A stretch of 64,000 bases of DNA from Podarcis pityusensis (taxonomy: Eukaryota), in NCBI GenBank assembly GCA_964106645.2, contig OZ067050.1; one strand, given 5' to 3'. Shown in pieces: positions 11,907 to 22,800 of this stretch. A model generated the notes under the pieces. It searched no databases. It had not been told where the DNA came from and worked only from the letters and a program-made list of their open reading frames with translations. A program made the position numbers and the translations under genes. Every line of letters begins with the position of its first letter. The first letter of the stretch is position 1.

Positions 11907-12173
11907 GAACACTGGCCTGTGAGCACTCCAGTTGGAGAGCAACCTTTACCAAAGGTGTCATGGGTTTTGAAGATGCTTGGACTCAGGATGAAAGGAAGAA
12001 ATGTGCTAAGAGGAAGGCACACTTGGCAAACCCTCACCATGATCAACTCCCACCCAGAAACCTATGCCTACACTGTGGAAGGATGTGTGGATCCAGAATT
12101 GGCCGCCACAGTCACTTATGGACTCAACAGTGCTCATGGAAGATAATGTTACTCAGCTACGAGTGATCGCCAA
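11907..12173 (+). mobile_element. RTE-clade LINE 3' fragment
   Basis: ACEHSSWR...FE...CLHCGRMCGSRIGRHSH, the C-terminal Cys/His motif typical of RTE ORFs, followed by a short 3'UTR. Confidence 0.75.
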
Positions 12174-12577
12174 ACAATGTTTAGTGCTAGGTGCTGTATG
12201 AATTATTATTTTTTGCAATTTTACAGACATGCTATGGACAGCGATGTTGTTGTTGTTGCTTCTGCTGCTAAAATCAGGATACCACTCTTCATCTGTAGAT
12301 CTCAGGGTGGTTCACAGCATAAAATTACAAGATATAAAACAGAAAATACATAATGTGCAGCCACAGTTGGGGAACCCCTAATCTAAGCTCCTCAAACATG
12401 TTCTTATTTCTGTAAAGCTATATACATCAGTAAGCAAGCCACGTGTCCCCAGAACATTATACTATAATACAGGGAATCATTTAGAATTTGGTTGCTAAGC
12501 CAGGTTTCAGTGATTTGGGTAACCTGAGGTTAGTGTTCAGGAAAAACAGGAGAATATATCTTGCTCCATATCCATAT

Positions 12578-12656
12578 CATAACTGTCAACTTTTCCCTTT
12601 TCTTGCAAGGAATAAGGGAATTTCCCTAAAAAAAAGGAAAAACGTTTACAGCTATG
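12578..12656. mobile_element. 79-bp hAT-type MITE
   Basis: TIRs CATAACTGTCAAC / GTTTACAGCTATG with perfect 8-bp TSD ATCCATAT; absent at the paralogous site ~37680. Confidence 0.85.
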
Positions 12657-14874
12657 ATCCATATGTTGCTTTCCAAAATAAAAAAGAATTTCATTGTTGC
12701 ACAACAAGATCCACATTTACTTCCTGTAAAACTTAGAAAAAAGTGATTGAGAAAGTTGAGTACCCCTGGGACAGACTGACCCTACATGGGCTTTCTGTCA
12801 ATAGTTTAGATGAATGTCTGTGAACTGTCGAGGCTCAGAAGGTGCATTGGAGAGGAAGGGGCAAGATCCTTACTATGGAAACTCAAACATATTCTGCGAA
12901 GGGTGTTCCGTGAAGTCCACTTCATAGAAAACATAATACATCTGAGAAATAATCCCACCAATGAGGAGGTCACCTGGCTGATACTTCTCATGTGGAACAG
13001 GGAAAGGATCATTTCTGGGGCACATGAGAGTATTTGCTTTAGAGACAGCAGGAGTTAGGAGAAGCAGCAACGATAATGGCCACAACATCCTAGCATCAAA
13101 GCTAGTTCTCTCTAAATGCAAACTCTCCTGTGTCCATCCATAATAGCTGCTTGGCTAAAGCAGCCTGCAGTGGATGTTGCCTGGCTCTGCCAAAACAACC
13201 CTGGAAAAGGCTTTGCAATTCTTATTCTTAAAATCAAAGGGTAGCAAATAAATGCCTTGAACGCTAGCTGGGTCTTTCCAAAATTCCAATTTGAGTTCTC
13301 TCCAATGATATTAAATGGCTGTGTGGGTCTGAAATCCAAGGGACAGAGTCCCCCTCCTGCCTCTTTCCCCCACTCTCAGCTCTCTAAAGTCCAAGGGGGA
13401 TATTTGTAAGCACTTCCAGGATTGCTTATGGTGGCACCTAGAAAATGTTTAGATCTTTTGGCCAGGTGAACTAATTACAGGGCTTGGGATAATTGCACAG
13501 GAAGATAATCACTTCAATCTGAGTTTTGGCTCTGAGTAGCAATTTTGCTCCCTGCCCCTCCACATCTGACCACAAGTCTCTTCTGCTCTTTTGTGACAGA
13601 AAAAGTTATCCATGGTAAGCAAACAGCAGAAGGAGACCTGTGCCTTTGGGGACACAAAGCATGAGAGCCAACTCTTGAAAAAAGGCCACTACTGAATTCC
13701 AGTTTTTGTAGGTTCCTAAAGTCAACATTTATCCATACAATGCAACTGTAGCTAAATTTTTGAGTAGAATATATTAGAGTAGAGGTGAACCTTAATCTAA
13801 TTCAAAACAGTGCCTAGGATTTGGTATGAGATGGGACAGTTTAGCATTATTTAACTGTTGTAGTTTTGATTTGTGGCTATCTGAGTACTCTTTGTTAAAG
13901 GACAGCACATATATACACATATATACAATATAAATGAATGAATAAGCAAATAAATAAAATGAAGCAATGTTGAACACCCATGAGATTAAATTCAGCACAT
14001 ATGTTCATGGGAAATTGTCCAGAAAGACTGACATGGTAATTGCAAAATAAATAAAACCGAATATGTAATTAGTTAAGAGGAGGCGGGAGGGAAGAGTTAA
14101 TCTGTATGCTCATCAGTGCGGTCTTTCATCTGTTTACCAGATGTTGCTTATGTGGAAATTCATGAATGTAGAACCTTTGGCCCTCCAGATTTTTCTGAAC
14201 CATGGCTCCCATTCTCCAGGTCACTGGCCATATTTGCTATGGCTGATGGGAGTTGTAGTTCAGCAACATGTGGAAGGCCAAAGGTTCTGCATTCCCATTG
14301 CAATGGATGTGTGCAAGCAAACAGGCAGGGATGAGAGTGCTAAAGTCCACCAGTCCCTTCTACTAGGTCAATGATCATTACTCTCCATGGGTTGTAGGGC
14401 AAATTCTGAATTGGGTGCTTAATCTACTCATGGAAAATATCCATTTGTTATAGAAGCTCCCTACTTTTGACTTTGCACTTTGACTTATGGAGAGCAACAG
14501 GGAAAACAATGCTAGGGTGCAGATTTAAAAACTTTCCCCTGCTCACCTAATTTTTTCCCCATGCAAGAAGCATGCTCTGATAAGGATAAGTCAAATGCAC
14601 AAAGATTAGACTTTGCCTGCTCTTTCTGAAACATTTGTTCTTCTTTGCAGGATCCTTATATGTCTCCCTGCCACTCATTCATTCATTCATTCATTCAACA
14701 CTTTCCAGCACATTTCCCTATTAACTTCCTTAATATTTAAAAGTTGATGTGTTGTGCTAGGCTGGAGTCAGGGACATTCCCTACTCCAATGACCACATTG
14801 CCCACCCACCCCTGCCATGGGCCAAATTTTCATAGGTAGATTGGGCCATCAACCTTTTAGTTACCTGGTGTCAC

Positions 14875-16880
14875 AATTACATTACGTGATTGTGTCTCTT
14901 CCCCTGCGCCTCAATTTAACTAGCAATCTCAGTGGAACATGAAGCAAGCCGTGCCTCCATTAACAATCAACTATTTGGTTGTGGGGGACATTCCTCCATC
15001 AAACTAACAATTCGAAACTCAAATTAAGATCCTGGTTTCTCTTCTGAAGCCATATCAGTAAACACCTCACACTTGATATCACATAGGGTATACGTGGGTG
15101 TGCTATGTCAGGAATGGCCTGACATTGGAACTAATGTTGGAACACCTGATAGGAAAAACATTGTGGATGTTCCCCATCACTGTGCTTGATAAAAGAGAAA
15201 TTAATCAATTTATTATTATTATTATTATTATTATTAAATTTAAACTTGGGTTTGAATTCGTCCCACAAGAGTAAGACTCTGGAAGTCATTCATAGTAACC
15301 ACCTCTATAGTAAATCTCTGAATACATAATAAAAGGATAAGATAAAAAACAAAAGTATTGTTCAGTTCTTTCTCATTATTTGCTCCCTATCTTTTAGCTC
15401 AGGCCTCAGTGCAATGATGTAAAATTTGGGAGGAAATATTCAATTACATTATGTAATGAGCCTCCTCCTCCGCTCTCAATTTAAGTAGCAGTTTCAATGC
15501 AACATGAAGAAAACAGTGCTGCCATTACCCATGTGGGCAACACTTCCCCTTCCCACATTCCCCTAAACCAATGCCTAACCACCAAACCTTACAAAGTTGT
15601 GACGATTGCTAAGACGTAGGCAAAAACCAAGTGGCCACAGCCAATCTGCCACATTGGAAAAAAATCCTACCTGCCCCCCTTTCCAAAACAAGCGACCAAC
15701 CGAACTCCAAAGCAAGGCCAGACATGACCTAACTAACAGGTGGATGGGTGGATGTTCGGCAGTGTGAAGCAAGAGAGGGTCCCCATGCCACGCCACCGAA
15801 TAAATACCCCCAACCTTGCCATATTGCCGCACCCACAAGCCGGTTGAGGAAGAGTTTCATAGCCGTGCAAAACATGGACCCTCTGTTAGGAGAATCCAAC
15901 TTGTGGGGGGCATTCCTCCATCAAACTCACAATTTGGAACTTTAAATCCTCGTTCTTCTTCTGAAGCCATATCAGTAACCACCCCACACTTGATATCACA
16001 TAGGGTATATGTGGCTGTACTGTTTCTGGAATGGCCTAACAGTTGTAACGCCTGGTAGGAAAAACATTGTGAATATTCCCCATCACTGTGTGTGTAAAAG
16101 AGAAATTTAATTTATTTATTTTTTATTTTTTAAATCAAAACTTCCAAGTATGTATTTGAATTTATCCTGCAAGACAGCAAGACTCTGGAGTCATTCATAG
16201 TAACCACCTCTATAGTAAATCTCTGAATACATAACAAAAGAATAAGATAAAAAACAAAGGTATTGTTCAGATCTTTCTCATTATTTGCTCCCTATCTTTT
16301 AGCTCAGGCCTCAGCACAATGATGTAAAATTTGGGAGGAAATATTCAATTACATTATGTAATGAGCCTCCTCCTCCGCTCTCAATTTAAGTAGCGGTTTC
16401 AATGCTGCATGAAGAAAACAGTGCCGCCATTACCCACCAACTACTTGGTGGGGGAACTTTTCTCCAGAAAACTAACAACTGGGAATTCAGTTTAAAATCC
16501 TGATTCTTCTGCAGGTGACACATTGGTACTTGTCCTACACTTGGTGTCACATACGATGTCAAGTGTGGTGCAAGTGGACGTGGCTTGTGTGGGATGTCCT
16601 GAAAATTGGAGCACCTGCTGGGCAAAATTTGGGAAGGTTCCTCACCCATGTGCTAGTGTGACAAAGCACTTTAACAGTAAAAAAAATATCTAAATATACA
16701 AGTATGTCTTTAAATAGCATCCTCAAAACAGTGACACTGTGGACTCAATCACAGTAACTACCTCTATCATAAATCCCTGAATAATAATAAAAAAAGATAA
16801 AAACAAAGGTATTGTTCACTTCTTTCTCATTATTTGCTGTCTATTGTTCAGCTCAGGCCTCAGGACAATGATGTAAAATT
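14875..16880 (-). repeat. Three tandem copies of the V2R 3'UTR unit; the two extra units carry exon-6 tails (~15362-15440, ~16267-16343)
   Basis: Repeated junction caattacatta..gt..cctc..ctcaatttaa. The extra tails decode as IFPPKFYII(A/V)LRPELKDREQIMRK. Confidence 0.8.
15530..15905 (-). mobile_element. Fragment of the unclassified repeat (5' half of the 21146-21926 element), inverted
   Basis: Reverse complement of 21146-21565. Confidence 0.75.
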
Positions 16881-19800
16881 TAGGGGCAAAGATGCAGCCC
16901 AACAATCCTGCACTGGAGGACAAGATGGAGAAGATCTCCACCACCACCATGGATTTCCCTTTGGTGCTCAAGTAGGTTGGCACAAAAGAAAGCCAAACAC
17001 TGCAAAAGAGCAACATGCTGAAGGTTATGAATTTGGCTTCATTGAAACTGTCCGGTAATTTGCGAGCTGCAAATGCCACAATGAAGCTGGCAATGGCCAG
17101 GAGGCCCATGTAGCCCAAGACACAGTAAAACATGGTCACTGAGCCTTCATTGCACTGCACAATGGTTTCTTCTGCTACTGAGTCCATGTCTAGTTGGGGG
17201 AATGGGGGAGAAGTCATCAACCATACAGCACAAATACTTGCTTGAGTAAGAGAGCAGGAAAAGACAATGGCATAGGCCAGACGTTTCCCTACCCACATCC
17301 TCATACTAGACCCTGGCTTGCTAGCCATGAACACTATAACTACAGTGACAGTCTTTGCCAACACACATGAAACAGCCAATGAGAAGACGGTGCCAAACAT
17401 TGGTTGGCGTAGAAGGCAGGTCACTTTCCCAGGGTGTCCAATGAACAAAAATGACGAGAGGAAGCAGAGTAGAAGGGCAATGAGAGGAGCATAGGTGAGA
17501 TCCCGATTGTTGGCTTTCACAATGGGAGTATCTTTGTATTTAATAAAAGTTCTTATCACTAAAGTTGAGAGTATTGAAAAGGAAAGAGCAAGGAAGGCCA
17601 AGCTGATTCCTAAAGGTTCCTCAAAAGAAAGAAAGCTGATTGTTTTTTTGATGCATCCATTTTTGTTCATGTTTGGATATTGATCTGCTGGGCATCTGAC
17701 ACAGTCATCCATATCTGAAAAAGAGGATAAGGCCAAATTTCAGCAACATTTCATGTGTGTTCTTCGCTTTCATTGATTGGATCCTTCTAATTTTACAGGA
17801 GCTGATGATCATATAACATTCTTTGAATTATCCTTTGAGTATTCTGCTGAATAAGTTGATGTGGGTTAAACCACAGAGCCTAGGGCTTACCAATCAGAAG
17901 GTCAGTGTTTCGAATCCCCATGATGGGGTGAGCTCCCGTTGCTCAGTCCCTGCTCCTGCCAACCTAGCAGTTTGAAAGCACGAAGTGCAAGTAGATAAAT
18001 AGATACTGCTCCGGCGGGAGGGTAAACGGTGTTTCCGTGTACTGCTCTGGTTTGCCAGAAGCGGCTTAGTCATGCTGGCCACATGACTTGGAAGCTGTCC
18101 GCCGGCTCCCTCAGCCAATAAAGCGAGATGAGCGCCACACCACCAGAGTCGTCCACAACTGGACCTAATTGTCAGGTGTCCCTTTACCTTTACCTTACTC
18201 TGCTGAATCTATCATATTTGTGTTTAAGCCATTTAAACTGCCACTCTAAGCATTCTGCGCAAGGAGGTCTTATTCCAGTAGAATCAATACAGTGGTGGGG
18301 ACAGAGCACTGGGCATCAGGGGGCTCTTTGTGTTGCTGGGGAGACAAGAAGGGGCCTGGTAGAGCACAGAATGAAAGCATGCCCAGAACTCCAATGAGGC
18401 TGGCCTTACCTAAGCTAATATTATGGTTACTTAGTGGGATTCTTCATACTTGTCCTGAGACACACCAGTGTCCAACCCTTGTAAACTTCCAAGAGTATTT
18501 GTATCTAACCCATTGAGTGCAGTTTGAACAGCAGGTGCTCATTCGAATGATAACCTTCTATCGGCCCTAATTCAGAGGTCAGCAACCTAAGGTCTGCGGG
18601 CCAGTTTCGGCCCAAGTGGGTTCTGGATGCGGCTTGTGGAAGGTCCAGAAATCGCCGCATGGGCTGTGCCATTTTTCTCTCCAGAAATTGCTTCTGTGCA
18701 CATCCGTGTTGCCAGAAATCACGTCTGTGCATGTCCGCGCTGCCGGAAATCGCTTCTGTGCATGGCCAAGCTTGCGGACAATCTCCACGAGAGTGATCTG
18801 GCCCATGCCTGGTAAGCCTTGTTGACCCCTGCCCTAATGCTTTTGCCACCCCTGCCTATCTGTGCAATAATGAATAAAAGTCTGGCCTAATTTCACCCAA
18901 CATGGATGTCTGCTACGTTTAATTGCAGTCATACACAGAAGCCCCACTCATTTGAGATGTGTGGGCAGCACTTTCAAATCTATGTGCATTGTATTGCACA
19001 AGGCTTATTTATGTTTTAATTTCCTTCAAAGCAGAAAAATATTAGCAAACTACTCCAAGCAGGATAATGTGGTTACAAGTAAAACATAGCCTTCAAATAG
19101 ATCCAACACAATAATCTTTACAAATAGTGAACAATGAAAAATGTCATATACCATTTTGGTTGGAAATCTTCCCTTCTGGACATGGAGTACAATCATAGCA
19201 GCAAAACTTCTGCCCTTCCTTCGTTTTCTTCTGATTACCAGGCTGGCAGTAGTCATTACACAGAGAAATGGGCACCCCCTATCCAGAAACAGGAAATAAT
19301 TTCATAAGGGAGACATATTTCTTTATAAATGTGTTCACCCACTGCACTTGAAATAAAAAATGAACCTTTCATCTCCCCAAAAATTGCCCTAGAAAGCTGC
19401 TTCTTATAAAGCATAGCCATTGACTCACTTTTTTGTCTTTGGAAACACAAAAAAGAGGCAAGAGACAAGACATGGATTCCATTAGGGCCACTTTATTAAC
19501 TGCATCTTTAGGAATTGATAAAGGGGGGAATGTCTAAATCTTCTATCAGGCTCCTAAACATGCCATGATCAGGTGAGGTCTTCCTTATTCACAGCACCTT
19601 TGAGCCCCACAAGTCCAAGTTAATGACACAGGTTTATGTCACAAAGTCACCCATACTTTGCCACATGTTTCGCAGAGCCCTGTGACAAGTCACAACAACC
19701 AGAATTCACATTTGTGCGACTTAGGCAAAGGAGAAGGGAAGATGGTGGAAGTCACTTTGATCCTTTCTGGGCTCCTAACCAGCAGGAGACACATCCACAA

Positions 19801-22800
19801 ATGAAGCCAGAAGAAGTATGTTTTTTACTCTAAAATAAGGTTCAAATTTGGGGCTCATCTTATACACAGATAGTATCTCCCCCCCCCCCCGTTTTCTTAA
19901 ATCGGAGTTTCCCAAATTAGGGTTCGTCTTATACATGGGGGCATCTTATACATGCAAAAATACAATAATTGAGAGCCTTTTGGCCCCTCCCAAATGCGGT
20001 TCAGATTGGGAAGTAATATTAGCTCTTTAGGAATATCTCAAAGGTTGGGGTTTTGTCAGCCCTTTTTAGACATGAAAATACTTTGATATGGGATCCTCGA
20101 TTAAGCCATGGACCCTTTTCCATATTTGCACCATGAGTATATTTTATCTGAATCATCCTAAGCTCTGCCATACATACAGCAAACAAAGCATAATAAATAT
20201 TATTAAAACTTCAACTAAGAAAAGGGAAAATAAAGCTCAGTGCACAGTTGCATCCTTCTAGGTTTCCAGACTTCCCCCATGAAGACATCAAAGAGAGAAG
20301 TAGTGCTTATCTCAAAGTACATTGGCTCAAAGGGATACCCAGATTCCAAACCTGGTTAAAACCTTTGTTCCATATAATCAGGTCCTCATGGATGATGAAT
20401 TCTTTTCCACTGGGAGCCTTGGGATCCACCCATCCAACCTTCACTCGAAGGAATGACTTGTTTGGGAAGGTGACCATGTTCATGATGTCAAATCCACCTC
20501 CCATTTCTCCTTCATTAGTAAAGGACACTGTTTCTCCAGCTGAATTGTTAAATGAAATTTCAGGAAAAAAATGGTGCAGCTAATTGAAAAAGAAAGATGA
20601 AAGGGAAAGAACATAAAGGAGGTTTGGACAAAATGCCATGATTTACAAAGATCTTTCTTTATAAGCATTAGTTATGGAGCTTCACTTTACCTATACCAAG
20701 TATAAAAATTACCTGTTTTGACACAGCAGATGGGGACTTCTGGGGAAGGAAGGTGGCGGACTGATGCTTTTTGTCGGCAAGTGATTTATCATACCTTTGA
20801 GATAAAATTCGGCTATCAAATTCACTCTGAAACAGCCATTTTCTACAATCAGGAGGATGAGAAGCTGTCAGCTCCTGGGAACCCAGACAGGACTGATAGA
20901 CTTAAGAGCAGATGGCCCAATATATTGCATAGGGCCCTCAAAAGTCTCCCTTTCTCTGAGATGGTTATAATGTATGACTGAGAGAAGCTTGTCCACTGAC
21001 GCAAATTTCCATCTGGTGTATGAGCTACTTCATGGCTTGAAGAAGTGAACTGATATGATACATCTTTGTTCAAATATTGGTAAAGTATTGCCTAACAAAG
21101 TAGATTACATGGATATCTTTCTTGAGTGAATATTTTATGTTACTGACAAGTTGGATCCTCCTAACAAAGGGTCCATGTTGTGCTCAGTCCTGAAACTCTT
21201 ACCTAACCGGCTTGTGGGCAGGGCTTGCCCTGCTCCAAGCCGGTGGTGCCACAGTTATGCCAATGGCCTATAGCCAATCAGCAGCGTGGCAAGGTTGGGG
21301 GTATTTATGTGGAGCACGATGTAGTAACCTCCTTTTGCTTTGCGCATGCCGAACACCCGCGCACCCACCCGTTAATGAGGTCGTGTTTGGCCTTGCTTTG
21401 GACTTCAGTTGGTCGCCTGTTTTGGAAAGGGGGCCATGTAGGAATTTTTTTCCCAATGTGGCAGATTGGCTGTGGCCACTTGGTTTTTGCCTACTTCTTA
21501 GCAATTGTCACAACTTTGTAAGGTTTGGCAGTTAGGCATTGGTTTAGGGGGATGTGGGGAGGGGAGGTGCGGCCATCACCTGCCCCTCCAATGAATAGGG
21601 TATTCTGTTAAAGGAATCCAGGGGTCTGGATCTTGTCTGAAGCCCGGAGAGGGGCTAGGGCCATGCCAGGGCCCCTGGGAATCCCAGAGGTGAGCACCAG
21701 TCTATATACATTGATGGAGCTCCCCTTGCTGGTTGTTTACCCTACAGGCTTGCTGCACGGTGGGGAAGGAGCCAGATATAGTTTGATACCAATGCCTAAG
21801 CCAATACCAGTCACATTTGTGTATTTTAATAAAGTTGTGGCCAAAATTTGCCTATTAACATTTAAACTAAATTCTGTCTCCACTGTGTCTTTATTCCCAT
21901 GGGGGAATGGGTTTTGGGGCTTGAAGCACAAACAGAAAATTAGAAGTCCTTTTATTTTAAATCTTTTTTTCCTATTTCTTAATTAAATCTTTTTTCCTAT
22001 TTATTAAATCTTTTTTCCTATTTATTTCCTATCTTCTTATTTAAATCTTTTTTCCTATTTTTTTTTCCCTTTGGTGTGTACTCTCTGTTATTGTTTTTAT
22101 TTAGATTAGTTTGTCCCATCTTATTGCATTATTTAAAAAACTTTAATAGAATCATATTAAAAAGATAAAAAGGGGGGGAGACAGTAGATGGTAGATTTCA
22201 TATGCATTCAGTAAAAAAAAAATCAGACAAATGTACAAAAGGAAATGTTAAAACTAATAATAATTAGTTTTATTATTTATATATAAATATATATAATTTA
22301 TTTATATCCCACCCACTCTGGGTGGCTTCCAACAAAATATTAAAAATGCAATAAAACATCAGGCATTAAAAACTTCCCTAAACAGGGCTGCCTTCAGAAA
22401 TCTTTTAAGGTCAGTTGTTTATTTGCTTGACATCTGATGGGAGGGCTTTCCACAGAAGTATTACTTTTGCAAGAAAATTGTGATGAAATATTTTTGTATT
22501 ACCTGCCAAGGCTGTAGATCTCGAAGTTGTAATCTTTCACTGCTTTTCGTTACTCTCTGTTTGAATCCAGACAAGTAAATGGCATGCAAAGCATGAGCCA
22601 CCACATAAACAGCATTGTAGATACTGTAACTATGGCCAGATAGCTCCATTTCAAACAGAGACCTTGGAAGACTGTCCAGGCTCTCCTCCCCAGTACACAC
22701 TTCATTGGTGTTCATTGGCGCATCAAGATTTGGAAATATACAGTCAAATACTTGCTCCCAGAAGACTTTGAAGAAACCGCTCTGGGTCCAGGAAGGGTTT

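Larger units (their letters stand above)
8817..13088 (-). pseudogene. V2R gene B, 3'-truncated: exons 13088-12874, 11220-10929, 9710-~8857 fused to antisense L1; 466-aa open frame, no exons 4-6
   Basis: Exons 1-3 are open and in phase. Exon 3 ends ...VEFQDLQ then IFSSFFPGNYSH* instead of PWQ|GT. No exon 4/5/6 lies between 8817 and gene A. Confidence 0.8.

Noticed and set aside
16386-16649. Paralogous ORF pair MGEEPSQILPSRC... (also 39449-39766)
   Set aside because: Lies in duplicated V2R 3'UTR; the C-termini differ and the other tandem units lack the frame.
14875-16880. Repeat-spacer or CRISPR-like array
   Set aside because: Units are 550-900-bp duplicated 3'UTR segments in vertebrate DNA, with no short repeats separated by unique spacers.
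17890-17930. tRNA gene (ttcgaatccc B-box-like motif)
   Set aside because: This is the tRNA-derived head of a Sauria SINE, not a complete cloverleaf.
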